Below, one piece after another: positions 51,833 to 64,000 of a stretch of 64,000 nt of DNA (positions are counted from its first letter, which is position 1; every line of letters starts with the position of its first letter). The notes under the pieces were generated by a model. It made no database searches. It saw only the letters and a list, made by a program, of their open reading frames with translations, and was not told the origin of the DNA. Source of the stretch: Chiloscyllium plagiosum (lineage: Eukaryota). A program made the position numbers and the translations under genes. The DNA lies in NCBI RefSeq assembly GCF_004010195.1, contig NC_057721.1, forward strand, positions 59,721,185 through 59,785,184, written 5' to 3'.

Positions 51833-53039
51833 CTAATCATTATGACGTTGCCATTCAGCGTGTAGTGAAGCTTGACAGACAGTTTTTCACCATTCTGTAT
51901 GATTGCTAGCAAGTTCCTCCCACTTACTTAAGACTCATAGGAGACCTTTGGAATGTCTTTCATGTGATTTCTTTGTCTTTGCGTTGAAGGTTAATCTTTT
52001 GAGAATTGATGGAACAGAACCTAATGAGTTTCTTTCAGCCATGAATAAATGGTGGTCAGTCTATTAAGTTGATTTTGCAGGAATTTTCCTAAATGCTTTT
52101 GGATGTGGCTCCAAGAAATACTTGTTCAACAGTTCACCCATTGCCTGTGGAAGATTTAGCAGAAGCATTGCTGATGGAATTTCTCTAATATTCTTATGTG
52201 GCATTGATACAAACCAAATGCTACACATTTCAGGTACCACTGCAGGACCAAAGGGTGGTGCTTTCAACTGTTGTGTACACTAAGGCTGTTGTCGACTTAC
52301 TGAGATTTTTGATCTCCAACACTTGCTGCCGTTGTTTGTAAAATAATAAAATGGGAAAGCTGATTCAGCATTGGATCTCATCATCATTGATGGTCATTAG
52401 AGAGGCTTACCTTCTGAGGTACAGGAATTGCTCGACATATTCCAAAGCCCCTTCATTTACGGGAGGCGGAATGTTTGGCTGGCAAGGCATGGGTTGACAT
52501 GAGTTTTATTTTGCCATCATTCAATTACTCAAGAAATTTCTTGTAGTCAGAGGAGAAAAGATCATGCATGGCTTGTAAATCTACTGCAAAGCCATCAATA
52601 ACATTCCAGTCATCCAAGAGACGGTAGGTCTATGGTGGTCAGTTTCGTTTTGACATGGAGGTGGCTCAGGTTAAAGTGGTTTCCACCTCGATATTATTTG
52701 ATATTGACATCAAGAGGACAGTTGATCTTTGAAGAATTGAATTGCTCCCATCAGTAGATTGTAAATAGTCCGTGGGCTGTAGCTCCTGAAATGTATTACT
52801 TGTTGGCTGTTTCAAAGTTTCAGAAAATCTGTTGTCAAAGCAACAATGCAGATATTAATAAATCACCGTAGCACTTCAGACTTTGAATTGTTAGGAAGGA
52901 ACTCCGATCCAATTTATCTGATGTCTGAATTTTAAAAAAATGTAGAACTTGCAATAACTCTTGTAAAATCAAAACCAGAAGTGCTCACATACGCAGTAAA
53001 TCCATTAGTAAGTTAACTTCCATGAGGGAAAGGTCGCAT

Positions 53040-53550
53040 AAGGAGTCATAGAGTCACAGCACTGAAACAGACCCCTCGGTCCAACTCGTCTCTGCCGACC
53101 AGATGTCCTAAAATAATCTAGTCCCATTTGCCAGCACTTGGGCCATATCCCTCCGAACCCTTCCTATTCATATACCCATCCAGATGCCTTTTAAATATTG
53201 CAATTGTACCAGCCTCGACCACTTCCTCTGGCAGCTCATTCCAAATACGCACCACCCTCTGCGTGAGAATGTTGCCCCTCAGGTCTCTTTTAAATCTTTC
53301 CCCTCTCACCCTAAACCTATAGCCTCTACTTCTGGACTCCCCCACCCCCGGGAGGAGACTTCATCTATTTATCCTATCCATGCCCCTCATGATTTTATAA
53401 ACCTCCATAAGGTCACCCCTTAGCCTCTGACGCTCCATGGAAAACAGCCCCAGCCTATTCAGTCTCTCCCTATAACTAAAATCCTCCAACCCTGGCAACA
53501 TCCTTGCAAATATTTTCTGAACCCTTTCAAGTTTCACAACATCCTTCCTT
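53040..53550 (-). mobile_element. CR1 3' fragment
   Basis: RFRVRGERFKRDLRGNILTQRVVRIWNELPEEVV. Confidence 0.93.
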
Positions 53551-54229
53551 AGTTGGTAACTTAAAATGTTAGGCCTATTGCAAGTAAAGATTTCATGCTG
53601 TCTATTAGGATGAACTCTTGAACAAGTGGTGATGAATTGATAATTTCATTGGATGACCATTTTAGTAGCATAGGGAATACTTTTGGCTTAAATCCCTTCA
53701 TGGTTGATGTCGAATCTAAATTCACTTCAAAAATCTGGTACTAAAAGCAAGTTTTATAATGGCAACCTGGAACTAATCCTCAATTGCTGTTAAAATAAAA
53801 TCCCATCTGTAATGTTAATATCATTGCATAAAGAAAATCTGACTTTTTCTGATCTGGCTTAAATGTAACACAACAACAATGCTCAACTACCCTCTGGAAT
53901 GAGCAAGTAAACCATTGTGTCATATTAATGGATGGGCAATAAATGCTGGCCAAGCCTGTGACATCCAAATCCCAAAGAAGAATAAAAAACTCTTCCCACA
54001 AACTATGGACCCCCATTCATTAAGTTGCAAGAGACTGAGCTTGGGTGTGGGAGTAGGCCATTCAGCCCTTCAAGCCTGCTCTGCCATTCAACATTAATAT
54101 TGCTGATCCTCTATCTTAATGCCATATTCTTGCTTTCTTCACATACTTCTTAGGTATTAAAGTCATGAAGAGGAATCAATCTTAATCATCGTTATTACCT
54201 TTAAAAGTAAACTTGCTGCATTTGCTGAA

Positions 54230-54740
54230 GAATGCTTCAGCCAGGTACCTGAATACTACAATTGGTTCTCTCATTTGCAATATACCCAAATGTTTCATTC
54301 AAATCTACCATCATAATTGCTTCTCTAAAAGCCTATTCTTGACAACTCTGTCCTTTGAAAATAATAATCCCACTTCAAATTTCCCTTTCATATCCAGTAT
54401 CCTCAAACATGTTGCTTCCCCCGAAATCAATGCCCATTGTTCTTGCCACACCATTTGTGAATCTACACAATATGTTTCTGCCACTATAACCTTGCTCACA
54501 AATGTCATTCTCTATGATTGTGCCCATTATGCACTATCCTCCTTTTCCTTGTTAACCAATCTGCAGTATTGGATAAAGTTAACTGCATTACCCTTTTCCA
54601 AATCTCCTTTCTGTTGGCCAGCTGAGTAAGATTGTCCTTGTCTGATTCCACCTTCACTTATCCAATTGGAACCAAAATATTTCCTGCCAAGGCTTCTCTT
54701 TTCATTGCCACAGTTATCTCCAGAATCCCTGAGGCATATG
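54230..54740 (+). mobile_element. L2 LINE RT fragment
   Basis: NNNPTSNFPFISSILKHV...TNVILYDC resembles L2 NYRPISNLPFLSKVLE...TNDIL. Confidence 0.75.
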
Positions 54741-55092
54741 TCAACTTCTTGAAATAAAATATGTTTTATTTTAAACCTATGATATCCACCATTAACTTCA
54801 ACAACAATTTGAAAAATGGCCCAAAACCTCTAAGTTAAGTGAATGGGTATGAACAATACCTAAAAATTAAATTGGAATAGGAAGACCAAGTTAATTTTTT
54901 CAATAGAGATTGAATCAGTTTGATTCTGTAAAAATTTCTTAATTATTTTTGAACTTGCATATAGAATCTAAAGCCGAAAATTATTTTGAATCAAGCAAAC
55001 TGGTCTCCTGATTGAACTGACAGAACATATCCGAGATTCATTGGTCCAATAAGGAGGTACTGTGAAGGGCACAACCTTTACAGAGAAAGGAC

Positions 55093-55620
55093 TTGCAATT
55101 CTGGTCTCCTTCCTATCGGAAAGATGTTGTGAAACTTGAAAGGGCTCAGAAAAGATTTACAAGGATTAGCCAGGGTTGGAGGATGTGAACTATAGGGAGA
55201 GGTTGAATAGGCTAGGGCTGTTTTCCCTGGAGCTTCGGAGGCTGAGGGGTGACCTTATAGAGGTTTACAAAATTATGAGGGGCATGGATAGGGTAAATAG
55301 GCAAAGTCCTTTCCCTGGAGTCAGGGAGTCCAGAACTAGAGGGCATAGGTTTAGGGTGAGAGGAGAAAGGTCTAAAAGAGACCTAAGAGGCAACTTTTGC
55401 ACACAGAGGGTGGTACTTGTATGGAATGAGCTGTCAGAGGAAGTGGTGGAAGCTGGTACAATTGCAACATTGAAGAGGCATTTGGATGGGTGTCTGAATA
55501 GGAAGGGTTTGGAGGGCTATGGGCCGGGTGCTGGCAGGTGAGACTAGATTGGGTTGGGATATCTGGTCGGCATGGACAGGTTGGACTGAAGGGTCTGATT
55601 CCATACTGTATGTCTCTATT
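55093..55620 (+). mobile_element. CR1 3' fragment
   Basis: YRERLNRLGLFSLELRRLRGDLIEVYKIM...EGYGPGAG. Confidence 0.93.
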
Positions 55621-56299
55621 TATAACAAATAACTACTGAGCCTTTTATCTGAGTAAGAATTATACTCAACAAGCCATGAGTGTTACTCAATGGAATATTT
55701 CCAGCATTTTTCATTCACTGTTAATAACTTTACCTCCAGGGTCAGATATAACCCAAATTAACTGAAAGGCAAAACTCCAACAAGTAAATTCTTTACACCC
55801 CAATTTCCAAAGAACAATATTTACTGGATAGCTAATATATGAGTTCAAAGCAACACATGAAAACCCTCTAATAGGAACTACAATTTTAGCATTTGCAAGA
55901 TTATAATTTTTAAGCCAGACAAGTTAGAGGAGAAAAAATATCTCAAAACAGAATACTGAAAACAGTCATTAGATCAGGTAACACTTATGGAGAGGATTTT
56001 TTTGTTGATTTTTTTTTGCTAAATCGGCATTATGTCAAGGTTTTTGGAGAGTTGATTATTGCATTCTTTAGCAGGTTCTCACCATATCCCATCAAAGTTT
56101 CTGCATTAAATACTGACCACCCCTATGGCATCTCTCACATTCACTTCAGGCTCCATATTACCATATGCCATTCCCAAACAACACTTAATAGATATCCCAG
56201 AATTCCCTGGCATCCTTTGTGTCTGCACCAGCTTCAAAATCTCATTGTGAAACTGTGTAAGCAAAGTCACTCATTATGGAGCTGCCTTGTACAGTTGCA

Positions 56300-56860
56300 C
56301 TGGAAATAGCAGACAGATGTCCCATTCTGCAGCCAGGGTCCAGGAGATCCTGTTGAATGGGATGCAGACGTGGGACTTACTCTTCCCCTTGGACCATGAG
56401 TGGAGGCCATGACATTGGACTACAGCAGGCTGGTCCAAGCGAGGTTAAAGCAGTCTCAGCCATCAGGAGAAATGCCCAGCAATGTAGAAAGAAGGTCAAT
56501 GATCTACTCGGCTACTGTGACACCATCTTCTCTCCAATGCCACACATTCACTCTATTTCTGCTTCTGTGCACACATCCCACAAAGGCTCATGCACTATCA
56601 CTCTCACGCACACTACAACCTCTCCCCTTACTTGCTCTCACCCACCCCCAACAGTAATAAATCTGCATTCCTCCTGTGCTGCCTACTCACTTGGTTGCCA
56701 TCTATACCAAAAGTAACTGCTGTGCCATCCACTTTCATCTCCCCAAATACCTGTGTCTCTCTCATTTCAGGATGAAAGCAGTCCACAATAGGGCAGAAAG
56801 ACAATATAGGTATACAGTTGCCTGACATTCAGCTTCTTAACTCTTACATGGAGAGTATCT
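56300..56860 (+). mobile_element. Harbinger Myb/SANT-like gene relic with intron
   Basis: EVKAVSAIRRNAQQCRKKVNDLL, then acceptor ctcatttcAG at 56770 and exon 2 KAVHNRAER...LPDIQLL. Confidence 0.75.
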
Positions 56861-56934
56861 AGACTCTGATCACCCTCTGTGTCTGACCGACGGTGTCAAA
56901 GACCCGGAGTGCTATGGGGTTGCCCTTGACTTAC

Positions 56935-57070
56935 AGCCATAGAATTGTACAGTATGGAAATAGACCCTTCGGCCCAATTCATCCATCCCATCTAGATATC
57001 CTGAATTAATCTAGTCCCATTTGCCAGCTTTTTGCCAATATCCCTCTAAACCCTTCCTACTCATATACGC
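56935..57070 (-). mobile_element. CR1 3' tail
   Basis: YMSRKGLEGYWQKAGKWD* plus tail. Confidence 0.8.
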
Positions 57071-59114
57071 AATGACTGAAGCATATTGAAAACTAAGACA
57101 CATGTTGTTCCTTTGTGTCTGTAATAAACAGAAATGCAAGACAAATGAAATGAGCCTGAATGTTGATTGAAGGGGACAAAATGCAAAAAGGCAAGGCAAT
57201 TCTAGACAGGGTTAGAGTGAGAATCCAAGTAGGCTTGGGGTGAGTGACCACTCTGAAAATGAGCAAAGAACATGATGATATAGCCAGGTCAAATCCATGA
57301 ACTGGTAAATGTCCTTGCAGTAGCCTTACAATGATAGTTGACTGTGCAGAATTGAAGTTTAAAGGATGCTTATGGGTTATGGGTTATTAGACATTGACAC
57401 ATTATGGATGTCAGTGTCTGGGGATATGGAGTGCATTTGGCTGGAGGCCATGGAGTATGCCCTGACATGTTAGCAATCTCCAACATGAAGATTGTTCAGA
57501 GCAAGCAGCGAGCTGAACTTCCCACATACCCGCTCTTATATTCAAATGGAATTTTCTAGATATCAAGCTAGTTTGGTGAGTGTAGCAGAATGGGCAACTG
57601 ATTAAAAGGTGTATAGGTCTGTTAAAAAGGCATTTAATAAGTAACAATCTCCCTTAATTGATAACTTCCTGATGCCTAGCACAAAATTTGTCATGCCACT
57701 TATGAAAAACATAAAAGATGGCACACGTTGCTCCCAAATAATGAGATGGACCTCTATTAGACGTCTCGGTCTGATTCTGTTACATGTTACGCCATATCCC
57801 ACATTGTTCAGACCCCAATAACATTCCACCAAGCAATAACTTTTCAGATGGATATCCGCCCTTCATCAGAACTTATTTGAAAGTCTGCTTCTTGAAGTTA
57901 TTCAATTTAAATTTTATTCTTTCGTTGCCTATCACAGATAGTCACCTATTTAAAACTCAATAGATTAATGTCTCTTTTAAAATGGTGAAAACAAATTATT
58001 AAGAATTTGCTAAATATTTATATGCAAGTGCCTCACAACATTATTTTATTGTCAGATCTGTTTAGAGTGCCACATTAACATTTTGATGTAGAATTGAACA
58101 GGACCTGAGAATCAAGCTCACAATACTCTTGACATTATTGTCATAGTTTAAAGTTTGTTGCAAAAACATTTGTGCAAGACTACATGGAAAGCTCAAATTT
58201 AAAATGAAAAGAAATAATAAGCAAGTTATGGTTTTGATGAATTAGATTCCAATGCTATGCATAAAAACGGAATCTGAAAGAAAATCTTCACTTGTTCATT
58301 TAATGCAATAACACAATTATTCAAATAAACATTGTCAACAATTCAAAACAGATGTTATGTTATTCATATACAATTTATATTTCTGACAGATAATTGTGGT
58401 GAGGAAAGGAAAGCTTTTACATTAAAAATATTACAATAGTACTTATATGTAATGAAATATTAACCAACATTAGACAAAACAAACAACGTCCCTCACTTTT
58501 ATCAAATGGGTTTGTTCTGTGGAAAGATTGAGAATAAAGGAAGATATCAGGTTACGATAAAGAGAGAGTTAGAGACCTGAATTCCTCCTGTTGAAACGTT
58601 CCATCAAAAGATTTCTTTAAAATGTAGAGTTTCTTGACTGAAATGGGACAATTATTTTCAAACTATCCTTTAACGATGGGTATATTAGAGAACCTATTCC
58701 AATGTATAGTTATGAAAATGTTAAAAGATTAAACCAGCGGACAAGAAAGGTTGTTTTCTGCTCACAGTTTTTCATACTTATAAGTTTTCCACCATTTTGT
58801 TGAATATCAGTGGCAGATGCAATATTCCCCCTCATCCATCCATTCCAACTGATGTTGCTTAATATATAAAGTAGCTTCATTTCTGGAAACCAAACAGAGA
58901 CAATTTCTAATAAAAAACTTTGCAGAACCAGATTTTCTTGGTGCTTTTATCTTGGTGGTGCTCAAACATTAAGTATTTGCTAACAGGTCTGATACAGCTA
59001 TCCAGCAAGTTCTGAGTGCCCATATGCTTATATTACAATACTATTTCACATCAGGACGCAAGCACACAGATGGACATAATGAACTATGCATCACATGGTA
59101 TGTATGCCCTTATG

Positions 59115-59209
59115 AATTCCTAATGAAGGGCTTTAGCCCAAAACATTGATGCTCCTGCTCCTTCCATGCTGCCTGACCTGCTGTGCTTTTCCAGCACCAC
59201 ACGCTTGAC
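59115..59209 (+). mobile_element. Penelope pLTR fragment with inactivated hammerhead core
   Basis: attcCTAATGAagggctttagcccAAAAC, two core mutations. Confidence 0.7.
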
Positions 59210-59339
59210 ATACAAGTCCTTATGTTTAATGATGACATCTGTGGCCTAGGCTACTCTTCCTCCAGCTGAAGGATGATCTTCAAAAATAAAAGTATTTTAC
59301 TTTATGTGAAAGAGAGAACATCAAATGTGCAAATGGGAT

Positions 59340-59860
59340 AAAACCATAAGACATAGGAGCAGGAATTAGGGCATTCGGCCCATTGAGTTTGCTCTGCCAT
59401 TCAATCATGGCTGAAAATGGGAAAATTAGGTTGAAAAACCTTTCTCCCTGTAACCTTTGATCTATCTCTGTTTTAAGTGTACTCAATGTCCTGGCCTCCA
59501 CAGCCTTCTGTGGCAATGAATTCCACAGAATCACCACTCTCTGGCTAAAGAAGTTTCTCCTTATCTCTGTTCCAAAAGTCTTCCCTTTACTCTAAGGCTA
59601 TGCCCTTGGGTCCTCGTCTCTCCTGCTAATGGAAACCTTTTCTCAATGTCCACCTTGTCCAGGCCGTTCAGTATTCTGTAAGTTTCAATCAGATCCCCCC
59701 TCCTCCTTCAAAGCACCATTGAGTACAGTCCCAGAGTCCTTAAGCATTCTTCGTATGTTAAACCTTTTATACCTGGGATCATTCTTGTGAACCTCCTCGG
59801 AACGGTCTCCAGAGCCAGTACATCTTTCCTGAGTATGGGGCCCAAAATTGCTCACAATTT
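59340..59860 (-). mobile_element. CR1 3' fragment
   Basis: VILWNSLPQKAVEA...KTEID plus tail cctatgtcttatgg. Confidence 0.85.
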
Positions 59861-60296
59861 GTTTGTCAGATAGAAAACTTAAGAGATAGCAACATCATGA
59901 GAAACAAAGTAACAGAGACTGTATGCACAAAATGTAAACTTGCATTTAAATATCAGACTTCAAACATGCCATGATTTTGATTGTGGCTAACAAAAGCAGT
60001 TTAGAGAAGGTGGTGAAGGGTGAAGCAATGCGAGGTATTACTTCCCAATAAACGTAACTGAAATGTAAAATTGCATATTGTCTCAACAGCCATCTAATTT
60101 CACATTTGTACTGAAAAATAATTTCTGTATATCTTGTCAATCCCATGATAATTTTATTCTGTAATGATCAGAATACTATTTTTCAGGCTTCTTAATTCAT
60201 TATTTTATTGTTTCTGTAACAGAATATATTAAAACACAAAAGGTGGGAAAACGATATAAACAATTGTAAATGAGGCTTACTTTATAAAAGGTGAGT

Positions 60297-60569
60297 TTAA
60301 ATCAGAGTGGTGCTGGAAAGGCACAGCAGGTCAGGCAGCATCCGAGAAGCAGGAAAATCGACAGTTCAGGCAAAAGCCCTTCATTAAACGATCAGTCCTC
60401 AGCAAAGGCCTTACCTTTATCCCCTTCCATCCACACATCAATGAATTTAATATGCATCATGATGTCCGTCAATTTACCTGCTCCTCGGATGCTGCCTGAC
60501 CTGCTGTGCTTTTCCAGCACCACTCTGATCTAAACTCTGGTTTCCAGCATCTGCAGTCCTTACTTTTGC
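60297..60569. mobile_element. Penelope-like fold-back element
   Basis: Inverted arms around a ~80-bp spacer. Perfect 17-bp TSD ctttataaaaggtgagt at 60280-60296 and 60570-60586. Confidence 0.9.
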
Positions 60570-62597
60570 CTTTATAAAAGGTGAGTCTAGCCACAGATTC
60601 ATAGCATGCATTCAATTTTTCATTAAATTCAAGCCGTTGTTTTGTCATTTTTCCACAAGAGACAATTTTTCGATTGTCTATTGTCACGTAGAGTTTAATT
60701 TAATACAAATTTTAATATTCCAACATCTAGATAGCTTTATTTCAATTAAACTGTTCAAATTTTGGCACTGTAAATGTTTGAAATGTCATTATTTAAAAGG
60801 GACAAAATTCAACATTCCAAAGTTGGGCACTGCATTTACAGAAAACATATGAAGATTGCAAATTTTGAGAGTTGTCATAAAATAGCTATCAGCATCCTTC
60901 TGACTGGAGTATTATCAGCACCAGGGGAGGAAAAAGCAATTCACTATGACTTTTAGAATGAGAGCCAAAAGGAGGAGAAAGGGTAGTGTGATCCTGGAGT
61001 ACTGGTTAATTTTAGCTGAGAAAAGTGATCCCAATATGCTTGATGGGGTCCAGTCAGATTTGGTGATGATGGGTTGCTTGCTCAGACGTGTATTCTTCTA
61101 GACCCTTTGGGAGCAAGGATGTGAAAAGGTGCAGGGTAGTATAGTGGGGAAAAGGTTACAACTGAAATGTCTCATACTTTTACTTGGAAAAAGGTTTAAC
61201 AATACGTTCCTGCAAATAAACATTATAACATTCAGATATGACACTCTTTTCAAAAGCAAGCTCAAATGCAACAGGTCCATTGCAACAAACAAAAAGTTCC
61301 ATGTGGAACACATGACACTCTCGAAAATAAGAACAGGCAAAGTTCCAAAACAAAATGTTGTTATTGACATCCATTATATTTGGGCTGTTTAAAAATTACT
61401 CTAATCATTTGTTGGTACTCTCTTTTAATATATTCCTACAAAAATCTACTTCCTTAAGACTGATTTATTTTAATTATTGATAAAATGTTACAAAATGCCT
61501 GTACTTCTGCATTTCAGACAGAATTTTTTCCAGAAGAGATAAAATTGTTTAAATGTATTTTAACTTGTTGTAGTACAATATATGTAGCATGCCATTATTT
61601 CTGATGTGATTAACTAAGGCTTTGGTCAATTTATTCTATCTGGTATTGTGATGGATTGAAGAATAGAAAAACATCCAGTATCAATTAAATGAGTTTAACT
61701 TTGCAATATCAGAGTGGATCATTCACCATGGTCATATAGGAATTATACCTAACATTATCATTAAATCATGAATATTGTTTTTGAATTTCAACTTTTAATA
61801 TTGTTGCTTTTGGTTTCCCATATACATGTTTCAAATGGAATCATCCACAGAATGTTTTGTTTTGTGATTTTTGTAAAATCTTGTTGCTTTCAGAATTTAG
61901 GATTTGTCATTCAGTCTCGATATCTTCACTATATATATTCATAATTATTGTTAGCCAGTAGCTTAAATTTGCATTAACATGATTCTAATGAATGTTTTAG
62001 TGTTTAATGCTAAATAGAGGATGCTGAGCTGATTAAAGCACCAAGTGCAGCAAAATGCTTTAATCAGCTTCAGATTCCAATTTCAGTATGACAAGCTTAA
62101 CCATTAATTATTACTTTGAGTAGATGGATTGGGGAAAAGGAAATGAGAGACAATGGTGTAAATTTAAGACTGACTATAGCACCATTTCCTAAACTCCTAA
62201 GAATGCATGTTTGCATCCTCAATGCAATAGACAATATATTGATTGATCATAATGACTTATCTACAGGTGACAGATATCAATATTCAGCAGAGCAAATCAA
62301 AATTAAAAAGTAATAAGATGGACATTGATAAGTATGAATAACTTGGATTCTTAAAAGATAACAAGTAAATAGTAACAATGTTTTGGAAGTACAAAGTTTA
62401 TATGGAGCCTTCATCTAGTGAATTGAATGTAAAAGTATTCCATGATACTATTCAAGGAAGAATAAAGAATTGTTCCATTATTTTAGCAAATACTTATTTT
62501 TCAACCAACATAACCAAGAAAATAAATAGACTTGTTATTGATTCTGGAAACTTGCTTTGAGCAAAATGACTGTTACATTTGCCTACATAAGTCAAAG

Positions 62598-62955
62598 ATT
62601 TTTTTTTAAAAAATCATTCACAGAATGTGGGCATCGCTGGTTCCACAGCATTTATTGCTCATCCTAATTGTCTGGGGGTAATTAAGAGTCAGTCAATCAC
62701 ATTGCTATGGATTTGTAGTCACATGTAGGCCAAACCAGATAAAGATGACAGATCTCCTTCCCTAAAGGATATTAATGAACCATATATTTAATGAAAATCA
62801 ACAGTGATTACATGGGTCACCACTGGGATAATATTTTTTTTATATTCCAGTTTTAACTGAATTTAAATTTCACCATCTAGCATGGTGGGATTCAAGCCTA
62901 TGTCCCCACAGCATTAACGTGGGATCCAGTGACATATATCACTACACCATAGCAC
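62598..62955 (-). mobile_element. tRNA-derived SINE (same family as 9462-9812)
   Basis: minus-strand head ggtgtagtgatatatgtcactggatccc...ggcttgaatcccacc and shared LINE tail. Confidence 0.75.
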
Positions 62956-63371
62956 CTTTTTGAAGAAAGTGGATCATATGCTCATCTGCACCCATTGAGA
63001 GCAAAGATGCAAGGGTGAAGGGTGCAGGGTGGCAGAGTGAGATAACCAAACTACATTTGGAGAGATTCATGGTTTACTAGAAAATAAAGTGTTTAACAGT
63101 ATGTTCACTGAATAAAATTGTGCTTTTGCTGTAAATAAACATTCTGGCTTACACTATAGTGTACTGAAGCCACCACTTCCATCCCCAACACGCATCAGTA
63201 ACAAAAACTTTCTTTGTAATTACATTAAATATTAACAAAGAAAAATCAAGGTGAAAGGCTTAGGGATGGTTAAATTACGACGGCGGAAAAAAAGTCTGTT
63301 TCCACTGAACTTGTAAATATCCTCACCAGATGGTTTGCGATTAATGTATGTGTGGTCTCTAGGACCCAGTC

Positions 63372-63389
63372 GCGGCCCTCTGCTGGCAG
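63372..63389 (-). promoter_or_regulatory. CTCF-like motif in the putative promoter
   Basis: Minus strand ctgCCAGCAGAGGGCcgc versus core CCASYAGRKGGC, in a locally CpG-containing, repeat-free segment. Confidence 0.5.
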
Positions 63390-63548
63390 TAGAAAGGCAG
63401 TGCTGACTCCTCCTTATCTGTAGTGTCAAACTTGACATCACCCTGAAAGCTGTGCATGGTAACTTCCACAGCGATCACAGCTCCCTCAGATCATTGCTGG
63501 CATGCTTCACAGAGATATGCTCCACTCACAACCGATCACAGCTCCAAA

Positions 63549-63639
63549 ATGGCCTTGGGTTTCCAAATCCGCATTCTCTCTCTGATCCTCTGCTGTGTTA
63601 TCTGCGTGGCACAATCGATTGGGCATTCTGCAAATGAAG
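63549..63639 (+). CDS. first coding exon (signal peptide) of an EphA-class ephrin receptor tyrosine kinase, EphA4-like
   Basis: Strong Kozak aaaATGG. MALGFQIRILSLILCCVICVAQSIGHSANE has a hydrophobic signal core and ends at a phase-1 donor GAAG|GTAAG. The 30 codons + 1 nt and -ANE|V ending match recalled EPHA4 exon 1 (...YPANE|VTLLD). Exon 2 is outside the window, so the paralogue is not established. Confidence 0.7.
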
Positions 63640-64000
63640 GTAAGAATTAAAAAGAGATCTGAACATTATTCCTCACTGAAGTATTAGAGACGGTCTAGCA
63701 CACACCGAGTGGGTGGTACTGTACGGCAAGAGGCTGAGCTGCCATCATCTTTTAAGGTGGTCAAGGGCACAATTTAGCAACCTTAATTAATCAAACCGAG
63801 TCCATTCAACAATTTCAGCCACGGCTCTCATAATGTTATCGCTGCGATATTTAAACGCTACCATCAGTACTATTGCAGTAAAACAACAGTAAATGAAATC
63901 AATTGGAGGGTTAGGGTTAAAATGAGAAAGTTCAAGTAATATGAGTTTGTATGGTTAGCAAAGCAGGAATAAAGGGAATTATTTAAAATCAAGCTTTTCT

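Noticed and set aside
63905-63920. interstitial telomeric repeat
   Set aside because: Only about two TTAGGG-like units, which is expected by chance.

Overview
This is vertebrate genomic DNA from a draft assembly with three N gaps. The repeat families (HE1-type V-SINEs, Deu-domain SINE, abundant CR1 LINEs, Penelope-derived fold-backs) point to a cartilaginous fish, probably a shark. The window is almost entirely intergenic. It opens with a ~4.5-kb CAG-rich 24-bp minisatellite with higher-order structure, followed by ~58 kb of nested, mostly dead transposons. These include CR1/L2/Rex1/Tx1 LINE pieces, two TSD-flanked solo LTRs, a Gmr1-like Ty3/gypsy relic with integrase upstream of RT, a Mag-like gypsy relic, a very decayed retrovirus-like pol, Harbinger relics, MITEs, and Penelope fold-backs, one keeping a minimal hammerhead ribozyme core. 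The only credible host coding sequence is a 91-nt signal-peptide exon at 63549-63639 that matches exon 1 of EphA-class receptors (EphA4-like), with a CTCF-like motif ~170 bp upstream. I found no wholly new biological system. All family assignments come from reading motifs by eye, not from database searches, and most repeat boundaries are approximate unless a TSD is quoted.
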